DNA of 64,000 nucleotides from Octopus bimaculoides (GCF_001194135.2 NC_068981.1:35469477-35533476), one strand, 5' to 3'. Numbered from the stretch's first letter, positions 37,928 to 51,447 are shown. A program made the numbers and translations. The notes: generated by a model from the sequence alone, not told the origin.

Positions 37928-39606
37928 TGTGAGTGTGTGTGTGTATGTGAGAGAGAGAGAGAGAGAGCACATCAGTTAGTGACACACCTTAAAACCCAAC
38001 ACATGTTGTAGAAAATGAATGTAAAATGCTGGGCTTACCAACCAAGTTGCATTAACTGGATTTAAGAACTATCAGTCTCTGACATTGTTGGTCTCTCAAA
38101 AGGCATAGCTGTTGTTGTTATTGTATAGTCACTGAGTGGCCAAACTTATGACACTTACACTTAGTCAAATGACCAGGTCTGCTCCTGATATCTCATCTCT
38201 GACATGTAGTGGTTTACCATATGAAGTAATGGGTGAGCCTATTGCATAATGTTGTATAGTCCCAGGTCAGCTTAAGTGAGCTGACATATAATCAAAGATG
38301 TTCCAGCTATTACTATCCCTTGTTTTGTATACCAGCAACTTTATTGTCTGATTGTACCGTTCCCTTTTTCAAGATAATGGGGTGTAATTTTAAGGAAGAC
38401 CAGGTAATTCCTAATTGGATGACAACTACACAGAGTTCGTTCATTGGTTCTTTGCATTGTTTTCTTTTTTTTTTACTGTTGAAGTTCTAAGGGGCACTAT
38501 TTATAGGATAGGAAGAGTTGTTGACTGAATTAACTGCAATTTCTTACTAGTACCTATAATGGTGACCAAACAAGCTGAAAGTTTGGTAGTTCCTCTCCAG
38601 GCGGTAGCACTGCTTTAGTGTTGTAAAGAAGGGACAACCCAGTCACCCTAAGATTTAGCAGCGATGTAAAATAGCTTTGATTACTAGCTGTACTAGTACT
38701 TTAGTAACTTGCTGTAGTAACTTCTACTCCTTGTGTGTATATAGAAAGGAGAGGGGTCACCCCTATCAAGTTAATTTATTTAAGATCAGTTATATTAATT
38801 CTTTCATGGTATCCCTATAATCCAGTGGGATAAGACACTCAGGTCAATTTTTGTAGAGAATAGCCTTGTAGCTCATTGTATCCACCTCATTGGATTACTG
38901 ATGCTTGTACTTATTTTTATCTCCAATAGCAGAATCAGTGAACTCAGTTCAAGTCATACAGTCCAACACATTCCTGTTTCTATTTATTCACTACCATATC
39001 TTTACTTTATCATATCTTACAATAATAAATTAAACTATCCTTCTATGCATACAATAACAAAGATGAATTGCATGTAATTCATAACAATTAAAATCAGATT
39101 TAAATATTTATTCATTGATCTAACATGTTATTCTCCTCACTCATTAAGAATTATCGATAAATTAGCTTTTGTTTTGACTACAATAAATATGATGACCTGA
39201 AGCAAATTGTGTTCCTTACTCTCTGTGCAGATGCATCCCTGGGTAATATGCATGTGATAATGATAACATTAGTACTCTGGCACAAATGTTTAGGTCACAG
39301 GTGAAAGTTTACAACTATCAGCTCTTGCATATAAGTTTTCAATTTTTGCCTTCTTGTTTTGTTTTCAATGCAGGAATATAATATAGTTGATAGATATACT
39401 GTTGGCACCCAAATTATCTTCCTTAAAAGTATCTGGCAAACAATGTTATAGTTATCTAAAACAAATTTGTTATTTGAGAAATACAGCTGGTTGAGTTAAT
39501 ATGGTGTCACTTTAGCAGGTGATGGCTCTGGTTCACAAGCTTAATTCTCAAATAGTGCCGTCCACCTAGGTGAAAGTAAATGTCACAGAGTGGAAACAAC
39601 TCATTG

Positions 39607-39943
39607 CTCTCAGAACTAATTAATGATTTCATGGCCAAAGCACTTGCCTCTCTTATGGCACAGTCTTCATCATCATCATCATCCTCATCCTTTAATGTCT
39701 GTTTTCCATGCTGGCATGGGTTGGATGGCTTGACAAAAACTTACTACATCAAGTTCCACGGGCTGTGGTCTCTGGCCTTGCCAGTTTCTGTCAAGCCATC
39801 CAACCCATGCCAGTTTCTGTCAAGCCATCCAACCCATGCCAGTATGGAAAATGGACATTAAATGTTGTTGATAATGATGATGAAGACTGTGCCATAAGAG
39901 GAGTAAGTGCTTTGGCCATAAACTCATTAATTAGCTCTGAGAG
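39607..39943. repeat. Fold-back inverted duplication with ~127-bp arms
   Basis: 39607-39735 is the imperfect reverse complement of 39818-39943; the plus ORF (LSELINDFMAKAL) and minus ORF (LSELINEFMAKAL) in the track mirror each other. Confidence 0.9.
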
Positions 39944-40344
39944 TGGTAAATAGGTGTAAATAGGCATTAAGAGTTGGTACAAGCTAACTGTTGTAAGTTT
40001 GAGCTGCACTTCATATGTAGTTCATTTGCTTACAATGATCACTTATATGAATTCCTGTTATTGAGTGTAGCTCAATGAAAGATGATGTTGTTTATCCTCT
40101 CATTCTTTATGTATACTCTGTAAAACTAAGTTTTTAAGGGGGTGCTCCTACAACTCATGAGGTTATACAGTGTAAGATAAATACCTATAAATACCTCCTT
40201 ATAACCCCTGATATTCTTTTAAGGACTGGTGTTTAGTTCCAATTTCATGGTATCAAGTGTATCAGGAATAAATTTTTCCTTCAATAGGATGTCAGTCTAT
40301 TGTAGATTACATTCCCAAGTGATCAAGGACATACTCTCTCTCTT

Positions 40345-40660
40345 TTACTTGTTTCAGTCATTTGACTGCGGCCATGCTGGAGCACCACCTTTAGTCGAGC
40401 AAATCGACCCCAGGACTTATTCTTTGTAAGCCTAGTACTTATTCGACCGGTCTCTTTTTGCCGAACCGCTAAGTCACGGGGACGTAAACACACCAGCATT
40501 GGTTGTCAAACACACATAGATATATATATATACATATATACGACAGGCTTCTTTCAGTTTCCGTCTACCAAATCCACTCACAAGGCCCAAGGCTATAGTA
40601 GAAGACACTTGCCCAAGGTGCCACGCAGTGGGACTGAACTCGGAACCATGTGGTTGACAT
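40345..40660 (-). mobile_element. Young main-family SINE
   Basis: CpG-rich copy (gtcgagcaaatcgacc...gccgaaccgctaagtcacggggacg). Confidence 0.85.
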
Positions 40661-40949
40661 GAAGACAGTTGAAAATAAACTGCTTCATTCATAAGCAAAA
40701 AAAAAAAAAAAAAAAAAAAGCCAGCATTGAATTTGAACTAATGGCTCTTTAGTTCTCTAGTTCATTTTAGATTCACAATTGAGACCATGCTGGAGCACCT
40801 GTGAACAGATAGTTGACTAACTATCCATTCAACTATTCCACTTCTGTAAAAGTTTATTGGGCTTTTATCCTTTCTTTTACTTGTTTGTTATTGGACTGTA
40901 GTCATGTGGGTGCTCTGCCATAAAGGGTTTAAAAAATAAAAAAATGTGC

Positions 40950-41190
40950 CCTTTTAAAGCCTAGCCAGGCTCACGGGCCCAGTTTCCTCGTTTCAATGGC
41001 GTATGTGTTCCCCAGCTGGACAGGACGCCAGTCCATCACAGTGTCACTCATTTTTGCCAGCTGAGTGGACTGGAGCAGCATGAAATGAAGTGTTTTGCTC
41101 AAGAACACAACGCGTCACCTGGTCCAGGAATTGAAACCACAATCTTACGATCATGATGCTGACACCCTAACCACTAAGCCACGTGCCTCC
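40950..41190 (-). mobile_element. Second tRNA-derived SINE family
   Basis: Reverse complement has the head ggaggcacgtggcttagtggttagggtgtcagc...ggtttcaattcctgg; homologous to the plus copy at ~58600-58860. Confidence 0.7.
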
Positions 41191-42024
41191 ACCATAAAGG
41201 GTTTAGTTGAACAGATTGACTCCAGTACTTACTTTTAAGTCTGGTGGTTACTCTATCAGCCTTTTTTGCTGAATCACTTATAGGGTTATAAACAAACCAA
41301 CACCAGTTGTCAAGTGGTGGTAGTGTGGGGCAAACGCAGACTTACATGCACACACACATATTTATATAATAGGTTTCCACACAATTTCTGTCTACTAAAT
41401 TCACTCACAAGGTATTACTCAGCCCAGACCACTTGCCCAAAGTGCTGTATAGTGAAACTGAACCCAAAACCATGTGGTTGGAAAGCAAGCTTCTTAACCA
41501 CACAGCCACACCCGTTCGTCTATTAATTAATTTTAATCAGGTTTCAGATGTTGTTAAATTTTGAGATAACTAGTTAGATCAATAACTGTAGAGAGCATAA
41601 AACCTTATTTACAGAATGCCACAGTGTTGAGATTAACAGGTGAATATAATGCTGTTGTGCAGACCCTTTATCTAATCCATACCAGCATGGAAAAGAGCAC
41701 TCTTCACCATCACCACCATCACCATAAGGAAGATGGTAGAGGTGGTTGATGGTAATGATAATGTATGCATTCTTGAGAAAAGCAAGTTAAAGCTAGGGAG
41801 TAAGTTAGCTATATAAACTTATATTTTTATTTCTCTCTGTTTACTGTAATCAGGAGGAAGATGAGTCATTGTTGCTGCTTTTGCTAATAATAATATTGGT
41901 CTTGTTATTTTACTGAGTTTCAAAACTATTTCTTACATAAGCATTGGAATCTGAAATTGTGTGGATCTTGCATTGGAATCTGAAGTGGATCTTGGACTTA
42001 GCTCAGCAGAAACTATACTTAAAT

Positions 42025-42255
42025 GCAGCAAGCTGGCAGAATCGTTAGCATGCCAGGCGAAATGCTTCGCGGTATTTTGTCTGCTGTTATGTTCTGAGTT
42101 CAAATTCCACCGAGCTCGACTTGGCCTTTCATCCTTTCGGGGTCGATAAATTAAGTACCAGTTATGCACTGGGGTCGATGTAATCGACTTAATCCCTTTT
42201 GTCTGTCCTTGTTTGTCCCCTCTATGTTTAGCCCCTTGTGGGCAATAAAGAAATA
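42025..42255 (+). mobile_element. Third tRNA-derived SINE family, intact copy with 17-bp TSD
   Basis: Head gcaagctggcagaatcgttagc...gagttcaaattcc; central ctttcatcctttcggggtcgataaattaagtaccag (resembles the Meta-type central domain, from recall); flanked by AGAAACTATACTTAAAT at 42008-42024 and 42256-42272. Confidence 0.85.
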
Positions 42256-42379
42256 AGAAACTATACTTAAATACTGTCTGCCTTCTCTGCCAGATTTTAA
42301 TAATAACTTTCTATTAGGTAAGAAGTTTGCTTCTCAGCCACATGGTTCTGGGTTCAGTTCCACTGTGTGGCACCTTCCT

Positions 42380-42610
42380 TGCTCTTCCTGGACAAAGGAA
42401 GGCAGCAAAACAATCTTCACAATGGATTTAACCAATAGCTGGATCTGTTCTGCACACAACAGCAGCTGTTCAACAGGTCAGCAATGCTTGGACATAGAAT
42501 CAGTGTATGCAGAATGGTCTCATTTTCTTTGCTTGCATCTTCAGTCATTCCCAGTTGACAGCATTTCCATATATGTAGAATTTATGTTTATCCATCAATG
42601 CCTCTTCACT
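42380..42610 (-). mobile_element. L1/Tx1-like LINE C-terminal fragment
   Basis: Minus frame ENETILHTLILCPSIADLL resembles the ET..H.L..C motif after the RT zinc-binding region. Confidence 0.5.
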
Positions 42611-42630
42611 TCACCATAGAACCGCTAGGT

Positions 42631-42931
42631 CAGGGATTTCGGCGATCTTACGGTACAAGTCCTAAATATTGGCCTTTTCCGTAAAAAGTGTTGGAGAGAA
42701 ACAGGGAAAAGACGTTATAAAAGCGAAAGACATACAGAGAGCGTGATTTATTTTGAAGGGTTTAGGGTTAGGGAATTCTGTCCGTAACCCTAACCCTAAA
42801 CACTAACCCTAACCCTAAAACCCTAACCCTGACACTAAAACCCTAACCCTAACACCGTAGTGAAGATCGTGCGGGTGTTACGGAAAAGGCTGATATTTAG
42901 GACTCGTACCGTAAGATCGTCGAGATTTCTG
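42631..42931. mobile_element. MITE-like element with 54-bp TIRs and internal telomeric hexamers
   Basis: 42631-42684 and 42878-42931 are reverse complements with 7 transition mismatches; interior has gggtttagggttaggg followed by (taaccc)n-like arrays; no clear TSD. Confidence 0.75.
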
Positions 42932-45099
42932 GAAGTTATCCATAGTCCTTGTGCTGAAAGTCTCCAGGAACAAATCTGCCAGATGATTATTGTCAATGCA
43001 CACAATTTCCACATGAATGTCGTTATTGCTCATCCCCCACCACTAGGATTCTGAAATGTCTGATAAGGGTGTTTACTTGGTGCTTGCAGTGTGGGTATAT
43101 TATCTGAGGTTCTTACTGTGAAATGGGATGTGATATGACTTGTTAATGGTGATGATTATGCTTAATTACTCTTTATAGTGTTTTGTGTTTTACATTAAAT
43201 ACAAATGTTTGCTTATTTTCTATTTTCCTGCAGCTTATTATTTTTTTAAATTTCATTATTCAGTTGTTTGATGCTGAGTTTATTTTCGTTGTGTATATAT
43301 TGCATTTGATGTTTTTCCCCCCTCCATGAGGTTGGCTATTTCTGGTCTGTGGTAATAGTGGTTATATGTTTTGATGTTGCCTTGTGGGATATATGTACTT
43401 TTTTTTTTTTTTTTTTAGATGTGTCTATAATTATTTTGTTGAATATGTGTTCTGCAGTGTTTCTCTGTTGGTAATTATTGTAGTATTGCTGAATTCTGAG
43501 CAATCTTTATCCAGTTACTTGATGGAACTTGTTTCTTTGTGCTTTTTTGAAATTTGTAAAAGTGTTTTTGTTTTCTTCATTTGTGTGTGAATATCTTGCG
43601 GTAATTGGTATGTACTTTGAAGAAAGTTGGGAAATTGTTTGGCAAGTGATGGTGATAGCTATTGTGTGGTAGTCAAGAGTTGTAGTTGTTTATCAAGTGT
43701 CTGGTGTGTGTGGATGTGCTTGTGTTTGCATCATCATCATCATAATCATTTGATGTCCATTTTCCAAGCTGGTATGTGTTGGATGGTTTGACTGAATCTG
43801 ATGAGCTATAGAACTGCACTGAGCTCCTGTGCTTCTATGGCTGGATGCCCTTCCTAAAGCTAACCACTTTACAGAGTGTAATGGTTGCTTTTTACATGCC
43901 GCCAACACTAGTGAGATCACCTGCAAGACAAAAGAATAAGAAAGGAGAAAATAGTCTCCTCAACTATTAGGGGGGAAGGAGGGGCAGTGGTTCTATGCCA
44001 GGTGTTGAGAAGTTAAAGTGTGATAGAGGGACAAGCCCGGGTGTCTTGTTATAGAAGCTACCCTGCAATGGGTGGGAATAGCTGGAAAGGAGATAGAGAT
44101 GGTAGTAACAGGATACCAGAGCATCTCACAATACAAAAGGGTGGATATGAGAGGATACAGACAATGTATGATGAGGAAGAGGGGAGAGCAATGGATCAAT
44201 AGATGGTTAGAGATAGAAGTATAGGTAAATTTAATGAGTGATGAATAAAGGTGGAGGTGTCATTGATGAGAAATACCAGTATGTTGATGTAATTTGTTTA
44301 GGATGTAAAGGAAGTCTAGCTGAGATACTACATCACCTCTCTTGTTATCTAGCTGTACTATATAAAAACCAGGTGTTGAAATGCATTGAAGTCTCCTCTA
44401 ATGATGTCTTTTTTTTTTTTTGTGAGAATGCTAAAGTGCTGTAGCTGGCAGATGTAATCTGAGATGGTCGATGTGGTGAAAAATGGCATAGATATATTTA
44501 TTAATACACTTTGCTTGGTTAGTTTTTATTTTGAAAGTTTTGCATTTTTAATGTAGTCATTCACTGTTAGTTTATGAATGTCATTTGTTATATTTTTATA
44601 TTGAATACACACTTTTACATGTTGTTAGACCAAAGGATCTTGCTAGTTCGATTTTGGCATAATTTGGAATTGTGAACGAATTATGTTCTGGTAGTAAGAA
44701 TATTCCTTGGATTATTGCTATATGAATATTGTAAGTTATGATAAAATCTTTTAGTTCCATGAAGGTGTTTTTAATGATGTTAATGTCATCATCATCATCA
44801 TCATTACTTGATTTCTATGCTGGGATAATTAGACAAGTCATCACAGTCCAAGTCAGTTCTTATTTGGAGTTACTGTTCACCTAGACTGGTCACAAGACCT
44901 TGTTTTACTTTTATTTACAATTTGTTAGAGAAGTGGGGAGACTTGGTTTCTATGATTGCATTCCCTTCCTAATGCCAAACACTTAACATAAGTGTACTTT
45001 ATACATTTTATTGTGGCACCAACACTAGAGAAGTTGCCATGTCCTTAATGAAACTAAGGAACTGTTGTCCCCATGTCTCTCTACCTGCTCATTGACACT

Positions 45100-46266
45100 A
45101 GTGCGGTTGCTGCTTCGTATCCCGATTCGCGAGTCCTCGCCACTCTGTAATGTATACTTTTTACTCAAGGTGATGTGGCTGAGGAGGTGAACAGAAGAGA
45201 GGCTTGCAAAATTGTTTTAGATTCTATACTTTATATAAACTTTTTAGTTTTTGTGTATGAACTGTATATTTTAAACCTGCAACGTTGTGACATTGGGAAG
45301 GTATATAGCAACGGTATATTTTGTTTTTGTCGCTGTTGTTGTTTACTGTTAGTGTTATCGTTATTTTTCTTGTGAAGGCGTGTTTTTCTGGATTGTTTAG
45401 ATGTGTCTGGTCATGATAGAGGGTCGTCGTCGTCATGGTAGAAGTGGTGGTGGTGACATTGATAGGTCATTGTTGTCGTAATGGTTGTTGTTAGTTAAAC
45501 CTATATCAGCCTTGATTGACAAGACTTACGGTTAACAACTTAATAGCCATGGCCATCTCGTCTTTTCCAGGCAGTTTCTATAGAGTTACAGCGTTCAACA
45601 TATCCATTATTTTGAAACGACATGGGGTGATCTGATGCAGATCTAGCTGCTGTTTTTAACAGGTCGAGGCACCCTCGTTTGCTCGTAATAGTAGTGCTAG
45701 TAGCTAGTCGCCGCCGTAGTAGTAGTAGTTGCAAAAGCGGTGGTGGTAGTAATGGCAGAACGTCATAATAGTAGTAGTAGAAGTGGAAATGGTAGGTCGT
45801 CGTAATAGTAGTAGTAGTAGCGGCAGCAGCAGCAGCAGCAGCAGCAAAAGGCGATGAAGGTTAGCAAGGCTTGATACTCTTGGTCGCCGCTTCTATTTCC
45901 TACTCTTACTGCTCCCCGCTACGATATGCCGGCTTCTTTGGTTTGTTTGCTGCTACCACTTCTGATGCCACTCCAGCTGTCTGTCTGCCTCTTGTAAATG
46001 TACTATAGGGCCTAAATCAGCCTACCAGCCAGCTAGCCAGCCGGCCGACAAGTGCTACCACCATTTCTCTATTTAACCTAACTGTAGCTCCACCAACACC
46101 CTTTCCGAAACTGCTGGATCTGCGCTTGGAACATACTACTGATGTGCAATCGAAAAACTATCTCCGCTAATTTAATAGACTACTTTGCTACAGATTCATA
46201 TCTGCTGCTTTCTCCTGTTTATTTTCCTTATTTTGCAACCTTTGTAAAATAAGCTTCACTCCGAAG
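45100..46266. promoter_or_regulatory. CpG-enriched promoter/5'UTR region with donors on both strands
   Basis: Many CpGs, (TAG)n and (CAG)n tracts; minus donor ACC|GTAAGT at 45530/45529; plus donor GAAG|GTAGAT at 46266/46267. Confidence 0.55.
45530..45556 (-). CDS. Candidate first coding segment MAMAIKLLT of a minus-strand gene
   Basis: ATGGCCATGGCTATTAAGTTGTTAACC is followed by a consensus GTAAGT donor; no downstream exon was found. Confidence 0.25.
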
Positions 46267-49200
46267 GTAGATATATATACACACGGATTATATATATAAC
46301 TGTATTGTTTTGTATATTATTGCATTGTTATATTTTTATATTCATCTTTGCATTGCTATCTATTTATATTCATCATTGCATTATTTATGTATATTTATAT
46401 ATTATCGTAGTGTTTTACACACACACACACACATTTGATGTTGCATCGGTCTATTCCTTTCCCATTATGTTTTCTGATATTTATTTGTAATTAATGCATG
46501 CTATTTGTACTCTTATACAACGCAATTTTCATATTACTATCTATATTGGTTTGCCTTCGCCATACCTCGGTTTGCAGGTATTTATATTGTACGCAACGAT
46601 AATAATTTAATATTTATGGCAATGATTCATTTTAGTAATCACGAAAACGGTCCATTTAACAAAACCTTATAATTGAGCTTTTCCCTACATTATTTGGGTA
46701 GATGGAAAGAAACTCAGCATACATGAACAGCTAAAGGACAAACTCTGAAGCTGTCCAAACTACTGCCAAGTGTATATGATGCTTTCTCGACTCAATGTCA
46801 ACCCCACCCCTGTTTCCTTACACACACACACACACACATATTTATATATATATATATATCCCATTGGGGGCTAATGTTTCCTACTAAAGATGTGTTCCCT
46901 GGTCATAGCCCTCCCCTCAAAACCCTTTCGGTATGCCAGGCAGCTACAAGCATAGACTGGTTGGGGGTAGACGACGGCACCACAGCAGTCTGTGCGTACC
47001 AGGTTTTCAATTTGCTTGGTTACCTACCCCAGCCTTTTTATGCTAGACTCAGCTCTACTGATGTCTGCCAAACAACAAAGGCAAATTACTTTTAAGGCAA
47101 AAATGTTTCCTTTCCTGATTGATGTCTCTTTGATGTAGTAGTAGTAGTAGTAGTAGTAGTAGCCGTGTGTGTGTGTGTGTGTGTGTGTGTGCGTACACAT
47201 TTTTGCATACCAACCATCTTTCTTCGTAAATTAACAGATTGCTTGCTTTTATATGTATGTAAATGTCGACATTTTACCCTTTTACACCCACCCACGTATG
47301 TGTGCATTCATTACCATTTGTGTGTGTATGTTGTGGAAAAAAAAATTTTGCTTGCTTATGTGTATGTATATATGTGTGTGTATGCTAACATTCATTTGGT
47401 TGTGTTTGCCTCGGAGTGTGTGGGTGTGCGCGCAAATGTCGACACAGATACAGACACACACATATATTTACATTCACATCGGTCTATTTCCAAGCGCCTA
47501 CAATACTGTTGCTTCTATGCATTACTCAAACTTAGGAAATTGCCAGTGGGTAACGAGGTTTTTTTTTTTTTTTTTAACAGAGAGATAGTTTTTTAAATAT
47601 TTTCAGTTACTAATTAATGTTATTTATTATCTGTCTGATTAGTTTTAATCGAAATTGCAGCTGAAATAAAAACAAAAGGCATCTTCAGTTGTTTTCATGT
47701 GATAATAATTATTATTTTGTTTGAAAAGAAAGGGAAATAAAAACTTAATACGATAAGCCTTTTTATTTTTTGTTTTGAAAATTCAGCAGATTTTTATATA
47801 TTTATAAATGGGTTTCTTTTTACAGATTTATAGAAATTTGAGATTTCGTGATATGCATGCCTTTCCCCGTGTCAAATATGGCGACAAATACTCATTTTCT
47901 ACTTTAAACACAAGGCCATACATGTATGGATCGGTCGTATAGTCAACTGAATCGACTCCTGTAGATTGTCTGGTATTTTATTTTAACACTCATGGAAGGC
48001 GGAAAGACAAAAATCAGCTCCTGGGATTCGAACTTACTTTGTATAATAACATGGTTATACATATCGATTTCTGACATTATTGTATGCTACGTTTTAAGGG
48101 AAGGGGAAATAGTCGATTAAATCAACTTCAGTACTTGACTGATACTTTATTGACCCTTGAAGGGTAAAAGACAAATTTCACTGTAGATATTGACATCTAT
48201 TAAAGTTCAGTATTTTCAGCGCTTTCTATATTATTCTAGTGAATTATTTCTATCCCTTGCCTTTTACTTTCATACCTTATCTATAGAATCAGTTCCCAGG
48301 TCACTGATCATAAATATCTTCAAAAGACGAAGATTGAGATTTTATCCTCTATCTGTCTCTTCCACATAAACTACATTGATTGCGACTTAAACGATTTAAC
48401 ATACTGTATAAATACCTTATCCAAATCTTGACATTTTACTCCCTTTTTCTTTCATCATCCTTATTACATCTCAACTTCATAAAAATAAAAAAAACCAAAA
48501 ACCTTGTGCTAAAATCCATTGTCTAATAATTTTTCTTTCCAAAAACTGTCCATGATTTAAATACAAGTGCAAAGGTTCAAAGTGAGATAATCAACCACAT
48601 TGTCCTCACAAGTGTGGAAGGACTTGGAAAAGCTATGGACACCATCACTTATTTTTAGACTTTAAAAAAAAGTGGGGAGGGACACTGTTACATACAACCT
48701 CCAGCATGTCACCAAAGTGTAACAGCTGTAAGTCTGCCATAGTGGGGTTATTGCAATTCAGGATCAGAGGTTTGAAGACAAATGTTTAAAAGTGTGGTCT
48801 ATTGACTTGTGTATGTACACAACTCCTACAAAAATGTATCAGTCTTTGCTTTACTTGGACTTTATTGGTGTTGTGGAGAGTAAAGATTGCTGTATGGGAA
48901 CAGTGAATCATCCACATTATTTTGTCAAGTTTATCATTATATAACCCTAGGTGGGCTCTGATTGAGTAGACAATTAATGAAAGGCTTCAAGCCATGTTCA
49001 TTCCATCTTATCAGATATATTTTATCTCAGGCTTCAATATCCAATATGTTCTTCTTTTTGTCTAGTAAGACAGGCTATGATTTGAGAGAGATTTGGTTGC
49101 TATTTCTATCAGGTGAGTGTTGAGTGTCATTTTATCCTGGATTTGCTTTTTGGTGAGAATACTCCAATTTAGCTGAAACTGTTCTCAATGTCACATTGAA

Positions 49201-49869
49201 CAACAGTACTGATAGATGAGTTACATCAATTCAACATTATAGCTTTTCAAGATTGTTTTCTCTCTCACCTTATTATCATATTAATAAGAGCTAGAAGCAC
49301 ATGGGATATAATGCATTATTTATTAGTTGCATACCTTAAAAGGTTTCATTCTGCTGAAGTTAATTTATACTTCCATTTTACCAGCATTCATATAATAAAT
49401 ATATGTTGTAATATTCATATGATAAACATATGATTGGCTTTGGGTAAACAGGACAATTATACCCTTTATTCCTAACTACAAACTAAGAAGGGAAGCTTTG
49501 TTTTGCAGAAATTATAACCTTAACCTGTGCATTTCATGTATGTGGTTCCTTTTATAATGTAACAATCCTGATCTTCGCTATATTGTTATAGGAATACAAC
49601 CTGTTGATTTATTTTTATCTCTGAAGTAGAGACAAGAGAGTTGTCTGTGTGTTGAAAAGAAATGATATATGACTATGAATTTACTTTATGTAATGCTAAT
49701 CTAAATCTCATCTCTGTATTGTGATTAGATGAAATACAGTATTCAGCTAAAGTATAAAAGTCACCAATTGTTGAATGAGTCTTGTCAGTTTAAACCAGCT
49801 GACCTAAGACCTGAAGTGTAACTAGTCAGATATTCAGTGGCAACACACTATTTCTCCATTTGTCATTAT

Positions 49870-50072
49870 CTTTTGTCTGTTACTTGCTTCAGTCATTGGG
49901 CTGGGCCATGCTGGAGCGTTGCTTCGAAGGATTTTAGTGAATGTGAATTGACCCCCAGTACTTATTTTTTTATAAGCTTGGTACTTATTCTATCAGTCCA
50001 TTTTGCTGAACCGCTAAGTTATGGGGACTGTAAATACATCAACACCAGTTGTCATGCAGCTTTCACGCGTGT

Positions 50073-50108
<36 letters not shown>

Positions 50109-50225
50109 TTCATTTACCAAATCCACTCACAAGGTTTTGGTTGGCCTGAAACTATAGTAGAAGACACTTGCTCAGGGAAACATGTGGCCGGGAAGCAAAC
50201 TTCTTACCACACAGCCATGCCTAAT
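49870..50225 (-). mobile_element. Main-family SINE
   Basis: Colinear with 2357-2720. Confidence 0.8.
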
Positions 50226-50548
50226 TTAAAAATAAAAAACAATTTATCACATCATTTATCTTTATGATTCCAGAGAAAATGAAAGTTTATTTTAACCCAT
50301 AAATTTCAATCAGCATTCAGCTTATTTAGTTTGCTATTGTGGTTGCTCTTATAGAAATTTAATGTTGCATTTCAAATTGAACTGATAGAATGGCTTCACC
50401 TCAAATTGACTTGAGATTTGATACTCCTGTTGGGAACTTATCCATGAAGACTGTGTCATGGACAAATTTAATGGAGCAGTTTTTATCTCATTCAGTATAT
50501 GGTTCCACATCAAAAATACTTTTCCATTCAAACCATAATCACGTTGCC

Positions 50549-50608
<60 letters not shown>

Positions 50609-51447
50609 TTCCATATATGAAAAATCATGTTATAGTGTTAGATTTTTTGTTGCTATTTGTTACATGGCAATTTTCTTGAAATATGATTGTGTATGTGTAC
50701 ACATACGCACACACATGTACACACACTCTTTTCAATACATGAAAAATCATGTTATTGTGATAGCTGTTTTTTATTTGTGCCTATTGTCACATGATATTTT
50801 TCTCAACATAGTAACCAGTAGCATATAGCAGTAAATATAGTAATTATATGCATGCAAGGACAAGGAGCATATGCATGCATGCACACATTCAATATTAGCA
50901 TGTCACATGACTACATGTTTGCTTACTAAAATGTGAGGAATAGTCATAAATAAAGTTATGATTTTAATATTTTAATAGAAAATTAACAAAAAGACATGAG
51001 TTGACCAGTGTTTTTTTTTCTATGACTAATTTTCATTAAGCATATTTTTCATTTAAATAAAAAAAAAAATTATCTGTACATGTTGTGTTTGATTAACATG
51101 AATGTAAATCAATGTTTACCTACCATATAGGTGACATTGGGACATAGCCTTTGTGATATTATTGTGATAAACAATATCAACTATTTTTGGTGAACTAGAA
51201 CTAGAACAGAACTTCTTTTTTAATGTATATGGCACAGGCATTGCTGTGTGCTTCCCAATCACATCATTCCTGATTCACTCCCACTGGTGGCCAAGGTGGC
51301 ACCCTGGGCATGTGTCTTCTACTATAGCCCTGGGTCAACTAAAGCTTTGCAAGTGCATTTGGTAGAAGGAAACTGAAAGAAACTAGGTGTGTGTGTGTGT
51401 GCATGCATGCGTGCATGTATGTTACTGTCTCCTGGCCTTGATGTTGT

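Noticed and set aside
41854-41915. Acceptor followed by EEDESLLLLLLIIILVLLFY*, resembling a C-terminal transmembrane anchor
   Set aside because: Explained by TTG/CTG/ATA low-complexity repeats; no other support.
43693-43955. Strong minus-strand acceptor (ttttctcctttcttattcttttgtcttgcag)
   Set aside because: Leads directly into an RTE tail copy; at most a cryptic exonisation, and no donor was found.
50600-50820. Degenerate ~120-bp tandem duplication beside a (CA)n tract
   Set aside because: Ordinary slippage or duplication with no structural or coding signal.
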